64,000 nt of DNA from an uncultured Candidatus Saccharibacteria bacterium. Its GTDB lineage: Bacteria; Patescibacteriota; Andersenbacteria; UBA10190. A model generated the notes under the pieces. That model was not told where the DNA came from and ran no database searches. It worked only from the letters and a program-made list of their open reading frames with translations. The DNA lies in assembly GCA_964392095.1 (NCBI GenBank), contig CAYMOF010000001.1:12401-76400 (forward strand), in the 5' to 3' direction. The position numbers were made by a program, and so were the translations under genes. Shown piece by piece: positions 31,681 through 42,642 of this stretch (position 1 is its first letter; every line of letters starts with the position of its first letter).

Positions 31681-32376
31681 GTGCCTGACCAACAAAAAAG
31701 TAACATATTCGTTGTCATCCCCGCCTATAACGAAGACAAGGCTATATACTCGGTAGTAAAAAAAACTAGGTCATTAGGGCTCCAAAACATTATCGTGGTC
31801 AACGATGGCTCTACCGACAACACTCTCTCCACATCTCTCAATGCCGGCGCCCAATGCATATCCCACAAAATTAACCGGGGCAAAGGAGCCGCCACCAAAA
31901 CAGGCATAGAAGCCGCTAAAAAACTTGATGCCCAAATCGTAGTTACCATTGATGGAGACGGACAACACGACCCCGGCGATATTAATAATCTCATTAAGCC
32001 TATAATTAACTGCCAAGCTGACGTCGTTTTAGGCACCAGATCTTTTAACCTCAAAACAATGCCGCTTACCAAAATCGCGCAAAATTATACTGCTAACCTT
32101 GTCACCAAACTGCTCTACGGCTATTCGGTTTCTGACAGTCAATCCGGCTTCCGCGCCTATTCCCGACGAGCTTTGGAGGTCATAGAAACTAAATCCGACT
32201 CCTACGAATACGAAAGTGAGATTGTCAGAGAAATAAACTGGCACAAACTTTCCTATTCAGAAATTCCTATAAAAACCAAATACACCACCCATTCCACCAC
32301 CAAAACATCAAGGCAAAGCCTCAAAAACGGATTAAAAACACTATACAAAATGATTTGGAATATCATATCCTTCTAA
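31681..32376 (+). CDS. GT2 polyprenol-phosphate glycosyltransferase (DPM/DPG-synthase-like)
   Basis: VIPAYNE, VNDGSTD, NRGKGAA, TIDGDGQH, DSQSGFRA. Confidence 0.9.
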   Translation: MPDQQKSNIFVVIPAYNEDKAIYSVVKKTRSLGLQNIIVVNDGSTDNTLSTSLNAGAQCISHKINRGKGAATKTGIEAAKKLDAQIVVTIDGDGQHDPGDINNLIKPIINCQADVVLGTRSFNLKTMPLTKIAQNYTANLVTKLLYGYSVSDSQSGFRAYSRRALEVIETKSDSYEYESEIVREINWHKLSYSEIPIKTKYTTHSTTKTSRQSLKNGLKTLYKMIWNIISF

Positions 32377-32381
32377 GACCA

Positions 32382-32750
32382 ATGAATTTACGTTTCTATC
32401 AAATCGCCATCACTCTCATATCCTTGCTGATGATCTATTTCGGCCTGGAAAAGTATTTTCGCCGTCAACCATCACAATCCCTTCTTAAACTTTTGGTCCG
32501 CGTTTTTGTCTGGGGCGGCATGGCGCTGGTAGCCCTCTATCCTAAAGCCTCTAACTTGTTAGCCCGTTACATAGGTATTGAAGACAACATAAACGCCGTT
32601 GTTTTAACAGGTTTTCTTCTTATTTTTCTCATTATCTTCAAAATTTTATCGGTTGTGGAAAGAATTGAACAAGACATAACTACCCTCACAAGAAAAAAGG
32701 CCCTCGATTCATTCACTAAAAGCCACCAAAAAGACAAAAATCGACCATGA
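32382..32750 (+). CDS. DUF2304 family small membrane protein
   Basis: Likely start ATG 32382; 3 TM, LA.YIGI....N, C-terminal IEQDITTLTR..AL; follows a GT2 as is typical of the family. Confidence 0.82.
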   Translation: MNLRFYQIAITLISLLMIYFGLEKYFRRQPSQSLLKLLVRVFVWGGMALVALYPKASNLLARYIGIEDNINAVVLTGFLLIFLIIFKILSVVERIEQDITTLTRKKALDSFTKSHQKDKNRP

Positions 32751-32753
32751 CTT

Positions 32754-33896
32754 ATGAAAATAGTTGCTTTTACTCCCTACTACCCACCACACACCGGGGG
32801 ACTGGAAGAATACGCTTATGAGCTTCACAAAAATCTGGCCCGAACCGGCCACCAAATAACTGTTTTTACCCCCAATATTCCCCGCCAGGCAAAATTCGAG
32901 TCTTTTAAAAACGTAACTGTTAAACCTTTTCCCGCCTGGGAAATTATCTTTAACTACCCCCTCCCTAAAATATGGCTTCCTTCCTTTTGGCTATCCTTTT
33001 TCAAACTCTTTAAAAATAAACCGGACTTAGTTGTTTCCTATACACGCTTTTTCTGCACTTCCATGCTTGCTTTCTGTTTAGCCAAAACCACCAGCACGGC
33101 GTGGGTGCACGTCGAACATGGCAGCGATTATGTTGTCTCAAATAATCCTTTTATCAAATACACCGCTCGTCTATTTGATGTAACCCTAGGAAAAATTGTT
33201 TTTAGATCATCAACTATCAACATCGCCCCCTCAAAGTCAGCTAGAAAATTTATTCGTCTCTTTGACGCCAGAGAGGTTCCCGTAATTTATCGAGGGTTAA
33301 ATTATGAAAAAATAAACAGTATCCCGACCAACGATGAAATCCGCCGCGATTTTCCTAACAAAACTATCATCGCCTATTCCGGTCGCTTCATTGACGGCAA
33401 AGGAATTCCCGACCTGATACGAGCTGTTGCTATGCTGGATAATAAAAACTGGACATTAATTTTAATTGGCGACGGTTCCCGATATTCTAAGATAAAAAAT
33501 ATGGTTAAGAGTCTTAATCTTGCTAACCGTTCCCTGTTTTTAGGCGGTCTCAAACACCCCCATGCTATTTCCTGCCTAAAGGCCGCTGACATCATTGTTA
33601 ATCCCAGCTATAATGAAGGGCTGCCCACTACTATATTAGAGGCGGCCGCTTGTTCAAAGGCCATTGTTGCTACTAATGTCGGTGGTACACCTGAAATTAT
33701 CAAACACGACAAATCGGGACTATTATATCAACCGGGAAATACTAAAGCTCTTTACCAACATCTAACCAGCCTTATTTCAAACAAAAAAAAGCTCGATTAT
33801 CTAAGCCATAATGCTTATCTGTCCGTCACCGAAAAGTTTAACTGGGAAAAGACTACCACCCAATACTCGTCAATATTTTTCCGAATAAAACATTAA
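32754..33896 (+). CDS. GT4 family glycosyltransferase
   Basis: YYPPHTGGLE, GRFIDGKG, NPSYNEGLPTTILEAA. Confidence 0.92.
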   Translation: MKIVAFTPYYPPHTGGLEEYAYELHKNLARTGHQITVFTPNIPRQAKFESFKNVTVKPFPAWEIIFNYPLPKIWLPSFWLSFFKLFKNKPDLVVSYTRFFCTSMLAFCLAKTTSTAWVHVEHGSDYVVSNNPFIKYTARLFDVTLGKIVFRSSTINIAPSKSARKFIRLFDAREVPVIYRGLNYEKINSIPTNDEIRRDFPNKTIIAYSGRFIDGKGIPDLIRAVAMLDNKNWTLILIGDGSRYSKIKNMVKSLNLANRSLFLGGLKHPHAISCLKAADIIVNPSYNEGLPTTILEAAACSKAIVATNVGGTPEIIKHDKSGLLYQPGNTKALYQHLTSLISNKKKLDYLSHNAYLSVTEKFNWEKTTTQYSSIFFRIKH

Positions 33897-33906
33897 TCAC
33901 AAACCC

Positions 33907-36255
33907 ATGACCAGAAATAATATCATTATCTCTAACCTCATTACAGTCGCTCTGTACATTCTTTCTCTCGCCATAAAACATATAAATCCCGAAAATAACC
34001 TTTTTCAAGCACCCCTTATCGCCGTATCTTTTCTGCTTGTTATTACAATCGGCCTAAGTCTTGCCTATATACAACAACAACTTTTTTATCTCCGGTTAGA
34101 CAAATGGCTGTTTTTTTTAATCGCCATACTAAACACCTTCTTTTTCCTACCCGTATTATTTACCCTTATTTTTTTTATCAGCGGCACCATAAACTACATT
34201 TTAGTATTACTTACCCTACTCGCAATCTTCTTGCTCCCCGTTTTTTGGCCAAAAATCAATAATTCTATTTTCCACCGCCCAACTATCCATACGCTTTCCA
34301 TAAATAAAAAAAACGGCTGGCAATCGATATTCCATCCCGTTATCTTTGCCTTTCTCTTTATACTTACCGTCCACATAATCAATACCAACATGTATGCGTT
34401 TCTTCCTGCTCCCGACTCATACAGCTGGTTATCAGCATACAATGAAGACCTTCACCACGAAGCCACTAAATTTATCGGCGGTTATGATCGCCTCACTCTC
34501 GCCTCTTTTACTGCCATTATCAAACAATTATCGGATGTGGACCTATTTATCTTGTTTAAATATGTTTATCCTCTTTTTTCAGCATTTACCGTTTTTCCCC
34601 TTTGGTTACTCGCTCGGCGCCTGAAATCTTACCCGGCCCAACTCCTCATCCTGCTACCTTCCTTTCTCTGCCCCGCTATTATCTATGAACTGGAAATGAC
34701 CCGCCAAATAATACTATTTTTCGTCTTCTTACCCTTCTACATTTCTCTTTTATATGAAGCCAAGAATAAAAAAGACCGTTCTCTTTTTCTTTTAACCGGC
34801 TTCTTTACTGCCCTTGGTTCATTTGCCCACCCCTTATTCAATATTCTCACTATATTTTGGCTCTTGTCATTCGTTCTCTTTTACTGGCGCGCTCTTTTAA
34901 AGCCTAAAATCATCCCTCTGCTTTTGATTGCTCTAGCAGTTCTTTGGAAATTCGGACTGCGCAGCATGATAACTCGAATCAGAGACCAAGTAATAATAAT
35001 ATTTGAAAACATCGCCCAAGGCGAACACAATTTTAAATTCCCCGCCCACTTCGTCAATGTTGACAACAATGAAGTTGGCTGGGCTGGTTTGACCGGTGTT
35101 CTGAAATACTACGGATTCTATCTGGGACCCCTGGCGGCGCTAATTTTGTTAACTTTCACATTGCTCATAATTTTTAACAAAAAATCCAGGCAATCTTTTC
35201 TTAAAACACTTCTTTCTCCCTACACATTACCCGTTACCCTTTCTCTGCTTTTCTTCCTGTCGGTTGCCGAAATATTTCCCCGATTTGTTAATATTGCCTA
35301 TCTCCCGGAAAGATCTCTGCAATACTTCACCTTATCCCTTCTTTTTATAGCTTTTCTGATTCTAAAAAAAATCCACCGAGCAAAATTTTGGCGCCTTGCC
35401 TTTCCTTTAGCCGCTCTCCTAGCCATGTCTGTTAATGTCGCCGGAGCTTCTTATATAAGCTATTTAAACATATACGTCTTCCCGGAATACGAATGGCAAG
35501 CCATGAAATGGATAAAAAACAATTTGCCGCCGGACCGAATCATCTTTTCCCGCACTTCAGGAAATTTAATATCAATTCATTCTGGCTCACGCCGAAAAGC
35601 GGTTTGGCACCGTTATCTAACTAATGCCACTCCGGAAGAGCTCATCGGCTTTCTTAAAGAAGAATTAAAGCCCCCGGACTATGTTCCTCTCCTTCGTCAA
35701 AGCATGGCCTTCGCTGAATCAACCAGCCGTGTCACTGAGTTGTCTAATTTTCTCAACGACTGCCTTATGCACGACGACTATCCGCCCAACATGGAGGGCC
35801 AAGTAACCAACTGTCTGGCTTGTGAACCTACCAGTCAAGGCTACAAAACCAGTCTCAAAAGCTCTTGCGCAGGCGGCCCCCTTCACTTCCCGCAAGAGGA
35901 AATTCGCCCTTGGGCAAAAAGGGCTGAAGAATTTTCTCAGGAAATATCAAACTTCATGAACGACTACCAGAAATTCGCTTTACAACTCGAGCTTGAAACC
36001 AATGTTAACAACCAAACCACCACCGATCCTGTCTATATATACTATTCTCTGCCTCACGAAAAAAACCCTTATAGTGATCGCCCCTATCTTTCTCTAAACT
36101 TTGGAGAAGCCTCCTTCTTCCCTCCCCTTGATGAAAACCCTGGGCTTTTTACCCGCGTTTATGAAGATGAAGATAAAGTAATTATCTGGAAAGTCAGCCC
36201 CGAAGTCCTGGAAAAACCAAACATTAACCATGTTTCTGGAAGAGACCTGCTATGA
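33907..36255 (+). CDS. Polytopic membrane protein, putative GT-C glycosyltransferase
   Basis: 782 aa, more than 12 TM, PAPDSY loop, ER motif, EWQAMKWIKNN at the start of the soluble C-domain. Confidence 0.65.
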   Translation: MTRNNIIISNLITVALYILSLAIKHINPENNLFQAPLIAVSFLLVITIGLSLAYIQQQLFYLRLDKWLFFLIAILNTFFFLPVLFTLIFFISGTINYILVLLTLLAIFLLPVFWPKINNSIFHRPTIHTLSINKKNGWQSIFHPVIFAFLFILTVHIINTNMYAFLPAPDSYSWLSAYNEDLHHEATKFIGGYDRLTLASFTAIIKQLSDVDLFILFKYVYPLFSAFTVFPLWLLARRLKSYPAQLLILLPSFLCPAIIYELEMTRQIILFFVFLPFYISLLYEAKNKKDRSLFLLTGFFTALGSFAHPLFNILTIFWLLSFVLFYWRALLKPKIIPLLLIALAVLWKFGLRSMITRIRDQVIIIFENIAQGEHNFKFPAHFVNVDNNEVGWAGLTGVLKYYGFYLGPLAALILLTFTLLIIFNKKSRQSFLKTLLSPYTLPVTLSLLFFLSVAEIFPRFVNIAYLPERSLQYFTLSLLFIAFLILKKIHRAKFWRLAFPLAALLAMSVNVAGASYISYLNIYVFPEYEWQAMKWIKNNLPPDRIIFSRTSGNLISIHSGSRRKAVWHRYLTNATPEELIGFLKEELKPPDYVPLLRQSMAFAESTSRVTELSNFLNDCLMHDDYPPNMEGQVTNCLACEPTSQGYKTSLKSSCAGGPLHFPQEEIRPWAKRAEEFSQEISNFMNDYQKFALQLELETNVNNQTTTDPVYIYYSLPHEKNPYSDRPYLSLNFGEASFFPPLDENPGLFTRVYEDEDKVIIWKVSPEVLEKPNINHVSGRDLL

Positions 36256-37181
36256 TCTATTTACTGTCACCCCGTCGTGGAGGACCCTACACTCAACTAA
36301 AACTTATAGCCACCAAACTAAACGAGTTTGGCTATCCGGCCAAGCACTGCTACACGGCCTATGACTGGGCACGTCTACATTTATGCAAAAAAGACACTAT
36401 TATATCGGTTATTCCCTTCTTTTTTGTCTCCAACAAAAAAAAGTTCTTCCTCAATATACGCGGCAACTATCACAAAGAAAAAAAAATAACCAACCCCCTA
36501 TCATACTTATACGAAATCAATATTAAATACGCGGCTAAGCTTGTCTTACCCTCTCATTTTCTTAAAAACGAACTCAATTTTAAAAACGCCACAGTTATTC
36601 CCAATTCTACCGATATAAAAACAAAACCCGCCCCTCTTCCCCCAAAAGATTCAACCATTAATATCGCCACAATTACCAACTTCGACTTTCGCCCCAAAGC
36701 CCAAGGTATCAGCAAAATTATCAACATCATTAATCAGCTGGATTCCCCCTTGCCCCTAAAATTAAATATCTATGGCGGCGGGAAATGGCTCAACTTTGCC
36801 CAACACCAATACGAAACTAATAATTTCAAAAAATATCCCGTAATATTTCACGGCCTTTTCCATGACCCCTCTAACAAACTTACCCAAAATGATATTTTTG
36901 TTTATTGGTCCGTATTCGATAACATGCCCAACGTCTTAACCGAAGCAATTGCCTGCGGGTTGCCCGTGGTCGCTAACCGCTATGGCGCCTATGAAGAAAT
37001 ATTGGGACCCAGGGGTTTATTAGCCCAAAACGAAAAGCAGTTCTCAAATTATATTCTCGACTTGATAAAAAACCCCAATCTTAGAAAGCTTCACCGCCAA
37101 AGAAATCTAGCCCGGGCCAAACTATTCAACATCGACACAAACATAAATCATTGGATAAAAACAGTCGATCCCGACAAATAA
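36252..37181 (+). CDS. GT4 family glycosyltransferase
   Basis: SVFDNMPNVLTEAIACGLPVV. Confidence 0.85.
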   Translation: MIYLLSPRRGGPYTQLKLIATKLNEFGYPAKHCYTAYDWARLHLCKKDTIISVIPFFFVSNKKKFFLNIRGNYHKEKKITNPLSYLYEINIKYAAKLVLPSHFLKNELNFKNATVIPNSTDIKTKPAPLPPKDSTINIATITNFDFRPKAQGISKIINIINQLDSPLPLKLNIYGGGKWLNFAQHQYETNNFKKYPVIFHGLFHDPSNKLTQNDIFVYWSVFDNMPNVLTEAIACGLPVVANRYGAYEEILGPRGLLAQNEKQFSNYILDLIKNPNLRKLHRQRNLARAKLFNIDTNINHWIKTVDPDK

Positions 37182-37187
37182 AACGGC

Positions 37188-39191
37188 ATGTCCTCCGGCA
37201 ATCCAACAATCTCTATTCTTCTATCCGTTTATAACGGCCAATCATCCATTTCTTCCTGTCTAGCCAGCATAAAAGCCCAAACCCGCAAAGACTATGAAAT
37301 TATCTGCGTCAACGACGCATCAACTGACAATACCGATCAAATACTAAAAAAATGGCAAAAAATATTTTCATCCCAAAAATTCACCATTATCAAGAACCGC
37401 GATAATCTGGGCCTCACCAAATCATTAAACATCGGTCTTTCCTACTGCCAAGGAAATTATATAGCCCGCATTGACGCGGACGACACCTGGCATCCGGAAA
37501 AGCTTTCTAAGCAAACCTCTTTCCTAAAAAAACATCCCGAAACCGACATTGTTGGTTGCTATTACATCAACCGGAAAAACCACACCGACTATCATTTCAA
37601 GCTCCCGGTCACCGATAAGGAAATTAAATCCGCCATATTCAGGCAAAATCCTTTTGGCCACAGTTGTGTTTTAATAAAACACGCCCTGCTTAAAAACCTC
37701 GGCGGATATGATGACTCGATAAAATACGGCCAAGACAAAGACTTATGGTTTAGATGCTACCCCCACGCAACTTTCTACAACTTTCCCGAATATCTGTGCT
37801 TTCGCTCCGCCGATCAAGGCATCTCCGTGCGCCATAATCGTCAACAGCTCTGGCAAGGCATACTTACCCGGATAAAATACATACACCTTTATAAAGCTCC
37901 AACCCTTAATTATTTATACATCCTATACCCTTTTTTGCTTTTAATTACCCCCCATTATTTTAAAAACCTCGCCAGACCTTTCTTTGGTCAAAAAAACAAA
38001 CCGCTAGAAAAAGCTAAAAAAGAAAACATCGTCTATGTCAACGACTCTTTCTTTCCCAGTAAATACGCTAACGCCGTAGCCAGAAAAAACATGGCCCGGG
38101 CCTTTAACTCTCTTGGTTATATAAATTCAATCATCTTCGTCTATCACCAAAAAGAAGATAAAAAAAACCTGTTTCCATCGACTAAAATTTATGAAAGGCC
38201 CATTAGAGGACCGTACCTGTCCCAAAATAAAAGTTTCAGTAAAATATGGAATTCCTCTGTGTTTATTTTTAATAATATAAGGCTTATTTTTTTAAAAATC
38301 CCTAAAGAAGTGACATTAATCTATATGCGAACTGGCGCCTTGGCCGGATTAGCTCTAAGCCTTAGAAATCTATTGGCTTCAAAAAAACTTATTCTAGAAA
38401 TACATAATTACGAATTCGGTTGCTTCCCTACCGACCTAATATACAAATTTATTTTTTCTCAATGCGACGAAATTATTACCATTTCCAACCACACAAAAGA
38501 CAATTGGGCTAAGTTCGGTATTCCGGACCACAAAATAAAAGTATTGCCTAGCGGAGTCGATCCTAATTTCTTCAAAAACGTAATCGAAAATAAATCATTA
38601 CTAAGAAAAAAACTGAGTCTGCCCCTAGATAAAAAAATAGTTATTTATTTCGGTCATCTGTACCGTCATCGCGGCATCGAAGATATTATAAAAGCCGCCC
38701 AAATTATTTCACCTGTCAACAATATTCTGTTTCTAGTAATCGGCGGTCACCCAAGAGACATTTCTTTCTACACAAACTATATCAAAAACTATTATCAAAA
38801 TAACTCCAATATCAATCTTTTAGGCTACCAATCCCCGTCAATACTGAAAAACTATATTAAAGCTTCAGATGCTATACTAGTAACCTACTCTAACAAATGC
38901 CCTACTAGCCTTTCCATGAGCCCTCTGAAGCTATTAGAAGCCATGTTATCCCGAATACCAATTGTTTGTGCCAATCTACCCGCTCTCCGGCAAATTGCCG
39001 ACAACTCTATGGTCGTTTTTTATCAACCAGATAACCCTGAAGACCTAGCCGACAAAATTAAATTCGTCCTCTCTGCCAAAACTCACCGGCTCCAAATATG
39101 CGAGAAATCATACCAAGAAGCGCTCAAATACAACTGGCGACTAAGAGCCAAAGCCATAATAGAATCCGCCAGCCAGTCACATGAGTATTGA
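37188..39191 (+). CDS. Bifunctional GT2-GT4 glycosyltransferase
   Basis: N-terminal VNDASTD, NLGLTKSLN, ARIDADD; C-terminal GHL...RG, MSPLKLLEAM...PIV. Confidence 0.88.
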   Translation: MSSGNPTISILLSVYNGQSSISSCLASIKAQTRKDYEIICVNDASTDNTDQILKKWQKIFSSQKFTIIKNRDNLGLTKSLNIGLSYCQGNYIARIDADDTWHPEKLSKQTSFLKKHPETDIVGCYYINRKNHTDYHFKLPVTDKEIKSAIFRQNPFGHSCVLIKHALLKNLGGYDDSIKYGQDKDLWFRCYPHATFYNFPEYLCFRSADQGISVRHNRQQLWQGILTRIKYIHLYKAPTLNYLYILYPFLLLITPHYFKNLARPFFGQKNKPLEKAKKENIVYVNDSFFPSKYANAVARKNMARAFNSLGYINSIIFVYHQKEDKKNLFPSTKIYERPIRGPYLSQNKSFSKIWNSSVFIFNNIRLIFLKIPKEVTLIYMRTGALAGLALSLRNLLASKKLILEIHNYEFGCFPTDLIYKFIFSQCDEIITISNHTKDNWAKFGIPDHKIKVLPSGVDPNFFKNVIENKSLLRKKLSLPLDKKIVIYFGHLYRHRGIEDIIKAAQIISPVNNILFLVIGGHPRDISFYTNYIKNYYQNNSNINLLGYQSPSILKNYIKASDAILVTYSNKCPTSLSMSPLKLLEAMLSRIPIVCANLPALRQIADNSMVVFYQPDNPEDLADKIKFVLSAKTHRLQICEKSYQEALKYNWRLRAKAIIESASQSHEY

Positions 39192-39216
39192 TATTTAACT
39201 TTCCTGACATCATAAT
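39188..39216 (+). promoter_or_regulatory. Putative sigma70 promoter
   Basis: TTGATA 39188-93, 17 bp, CATAAT 39211-16, 8 nt before ATG 39225. Confidence 0.45.
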
Positions 39217-39224
39217 TTCTAACT

Positions 39225-40331
39225 ATGAACCGCCAAAAAAAAATTCTTCACCTAATAACCGGCCTCGAGGTTGGAGGGGCTGAAACTATGCTTCTTAAAA
39301 CTCTGCCCGCCACCAAAAATGACTTTGATCATCTTGTCTGCTCAATTGTCGGCATGGGCCCAGTCGGGGACATGCTTCAGGAAAAAGGCGTACATATCCA
39401 TCACCTAGACCTCAAAGGATTTTTAGATCTCGGCGTAGTCGGCCGCCTCAAAAAAACAATGATTGATTTTAAACCCGATGCCCTTATCACTTATTTACCG
39501 CACGCCGACATCCTGGGACGAATAATCGGCTCATTGGTTGGCGTTCCCTCAATAACCTCCTCCATCCGGGTAAAACTTAATAAGTCTAAATATATTTACT
39601 TCTTTGTTCTTGACGGATTAACCTCTCCTTTTGTTGATCATTACCACTTTAATTCCAGCACTTTGGCCGACATCCACCATCGTTTGCTTAAAATTCCCGC
39701 CTCAAAAATCAACATTATCTCCAACGCGGTTGATGTAAACAAATTTGATCTTAAAATAAATGTTCCTGAAAAAAAAGCGAAGCTAAACATCCCCCAAAAC
39801 AAAACGATAATTGGTTGCGTCGCTCGCTTAAGAAAACAAAAAGGACACAAATACTTAATACAATCTTTTGCCCAAGTCTTACGCGCGAAACCGGACACAG
39901 TTTTACTGCTTATCGGAGACGGGGAACAGAAAAAAGAAATCGTCAGGCAGGTTAACAATCTTGGCTTAAAAGAAAAAATCATCTTTCTCGGCAATCGTCA
40001 TGACGTGCCGGAAATACTTCAAATAATAGATATCTTTGTCCTCACCACCTTATTTGAAGGTATGAGCAACAGCCTCATGGAAGCCATGAGCGCCCGTCGC
40101 GCCATAGTCACTACTTCAATTCCCGAAAACAAAGAACTTATCAGTCATAATCACACTGGACTCCTGGTCCGCCCTAAAGATCCTGCCTCGACCACTAATC
40201 AGGTAATCAAATTAATTAAAAACCCCGGGTTGCGCTCCAAACTGGGCGCTTTGGCTCACCTAACAGTTAAAAGTAAATTTGATATTCCCCAAATAGTCTC
40301 CCGCTACCGCAACTTTTACAACTCCATCTAA
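39225..40331 (+). CDS. GT4 family glycosyltransferase
   Basis: ITGLEVGGAE, VARL..QKGH, LGNRHDVPE, FEGMSNSLMEAM. Confidence 0.93.
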   Translation: MNRQKKILHLITGLEVGGAETMLLKTLPATKNDFDHLVCSIVGMGPVGDMLQEKGVHIHHLDLKGFLDLGVVGRLKKTMIDFKPDALITYLPHADILGRIIGSLVGVPSITSSIRVKLNKSKYIYFFVLDGLTSPFVDHYHFNSSTLADIHHRLLKIPASKINIISNAVDVNKFDLKINVPEKKAKLNIPQNKTIIGCVARLRKQKGHKYLIQSFAQVLRAKPDTVLLLIGDGEQKKEIVRQVNNLGLKEKIIFLGNRHDVPEILQIIDIFVLTTLFEGMSNSLMEAMSARRAIVTTSIPENKELISHNHTGLLVRPKDPASTTNQVIKLIKNPGLRSKLGALAHLTVKSKFDIPQIVSRYRNFYNSI

Positions 40332-40334
40332 AAA

Positions 40335-41562
40335 GTGCAGATCATCAAAGAAAAATCCATCGTCGCTAACACAAGGTTGTCCAGAAACTCTCTTTTTGTA
40401 ACTACCAAAAATTTCAAGGGTTTTAAAACCGGTATAAACAAAGAAGAAGAATACAGTTGGTTTTACATTGTCTGTCTAAAAGGAGAAGAAGGAGAAAGCA
40501 TCACCCTTAACATCAATAATCCAAATAAGAAGAACGAGCCGCTGTCTCTAAAAAATGGACTAGCCCACTACTCCTTAGATGGTTGGCAATGGCATAAAAT
40601 CAACTCCGTCCCACTAACCAGTTATGGTTTCTAACACCATTTTCTATGACTACGAAAAAGCAACTAATTTCATAACCCGCTATGTTACTCAAAACAAAGA
40701 CTTCTGTTCACTCACTAGCATTGGCAAATCCCTAAAACAAAAGCCTCTCCATGTTATCAATTATTCTAAAACGAGCGACCCCAAAGGAAGAATTTTTATC
40801 ACCACCGGCTGTCATCCGGCCGAACTGGATTTAGCCATATCATTAGCTATCATGAAATTTCTAACCACGCCTTTGGGCCAGAAAATACTCGAAAATTACA
40901 ATATCGACATAATGCCAATGCAAAACCCTGGCGGCTTCCTTATGGAAAGCTGTTTAACCGCCAATGGCATTAATCTTTACTGGAATTTTAGACATACCGA
41001 TAAATTTAACTGCCCTGAAGCCTTCTATCTCCAGCAATACCTCAAAAAAATCCCGCCTCTTCTCTGCCTCGACTTCCACTTTTATGTAACCCAATTTCAC
41101 CGGCCCTCCATGCCTTACCTAAAACCTCGTCACGAATATTGGGGACTAAAAACCAAAAGAGTCGTTCATCACATAAACAAAACCCTAACCAAACTATCCA
41201 ACGGTTTCTATAAAACAGGTTCTCTTTCTTCATGGCCCGCCAGTCTGTCTTACCTAATCACCGCTGAATTTAATACCATTGCTTACACCAAATACCATTT
41301 CAACCTCAAAGAAGGCCTCAAAACTTCTCAAAACCGGGCCGAAGAAATTTTTATTGCCCTAACCAACCAGCTAATAAAGCGCAATCTATCTAATTCTAAC
41401 ACTCTCAAAAATCCTTATAGAGGGACCCAGTCAGACAGTTCAAATAAGGCCCCCATCAGAATAATTTATAAACTCGAGGCACTTTACAAACAACTTTATA
41501 TATACCTTAAATCTTACTCCAACAAATACACTTTTTACTTACAAAATTTTCTCAGAAACTGA
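40335..41562 (+). pseudogene. M14 zinc carboxypeptidase (cytosolic carboxypeptidase-like), split into two ORFs
   Basis: ORF 40335-40634 has the N-domain (YSWFY, YSLDG..W); ORF 40624-41562 has SIGKS, HPAE, PMQNPGG, LDFH; frame break near 40620-40635. Confidence 0.65.
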
Positions 41563-41675
41563 ATTATTGTAAAACCATTCAAAACAATCCTAAAAATCAC
41601 TCTAATAAGCTACTGCCGTTTCTTGTTTTAATTATTAAAAAAACTACCATAAAACATTATGCGCTATTTCTTTGT

Positions 41676-42638
41676 ATGACCACACGCTCATATAAAAAAA
41701 CTATTTATCATCTTGTCAATATCCTGCGTCATGAAAAACCCACTGGTATTTTCCTTTTCATTCGCTACGCAATTAGTTATATAAGCATGAAAATCTTTTT
41801 ACCTAATAAACGATATGCCAGCAGAAAAATACACGGTTCCAGAATGATTCTCGATCTTAAAGACCCGGGCATCTCAAGGTCTTTATATCTCCTCGGTGAT
41901 CGTGAACGAGAACATTATTTTTTGCTTAAAAAAGCCATTCGCCCCCACCAAAGAATTTTAGACATCGGTGCCAATATAGGCTATTACGTACTCATAGAAC
42001 ACCGGCTCCTCCAAGAAAAAGGACACGTAATCGCTTTCGAGCCCTCCTCTAAAAACTTCACCCTCCTGAAAAAAAATATCAACTTAAACAAATTATCTAG
42101 TAAAACCACTCTTCTCCATACTGCCCTGGCCACCAAAGACGGCTTTTCGCGTCTCCATCTATCCCGCTTAGCCAATGTCCACAGTCTAATTAAAAAAAAT
42201 ACCGACTCTCCTACCGGCCACTCTATTCCCGTCCCCGCCACCTCCTTAGAAACAACCCTAGAAAAATATGGTCCTATAAATTTAATCCGAATGGATATAG
42301 AGGGCTATGAACACCTTGTTCTAAAATCGCTGATCAAGATAAACCAAACTAAAAATTTTACCCCCCACATAGTCATAGAACTTCACCCGCCCAAATACAA
42401 TAAAACTAAATTCCGGCAAACAATAAAGGAACTGTACCGCCTCGGCTATCAAGCCAAATACGTCGCCTGCTCTCACCTTGACCTGCTTCAAAAACATAAC
42501 TTAACCATAGTAAAAAGCATTCCCACGGACGGCACTGTCAGGCACATAGCCCAAAACGTTGAATTACGCCTCCTCAACAAAATCATCTTCTCCAGCCGAG
42601 CCATTCTTTTCTCCACCAAAAATTCTCTTGTTCCCTAA
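41676..42638 (+). CDS. FkbM family methyltransferase
   Basis: LDIGANIGYY, AFEP, RMDIEGYE, IELHP. Confidence 0.92.
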   Translation: MTTRSYKKTIYHLVNILRHEKPTGIFLFIRYAISYISMKIFLPNKRYASRKIHGSRMILDLKDPGISRSLYLLGDREREHYFLLKKAIRPHQRILDIGANIGYYVLIEHRLLQEKGHVIAFEPSSKNFTLLKKNINLNKLSSKTTLLHTALATKDGFSRLHLSRLANVHSLIKKNTDSPTGHSIPVPATSLETTLEKYGPINLIRMDIEGYEHLVLKSLIKINQTKNFTPHIVIELHPPKYNKTKFRQTIKELYRLGYQAKYVACSHLDLLQKHNLTIVKSIPTDGTVRHIAQNVELRLLNKIIFSSRAILFSTKNSLVP

Positions 42639-42642
42639 TCTT

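Noticed and set aside
35810-35830. Heme c binding site (CLAC)
   Set aside because: Followed by Glu, not His; no CxxCH
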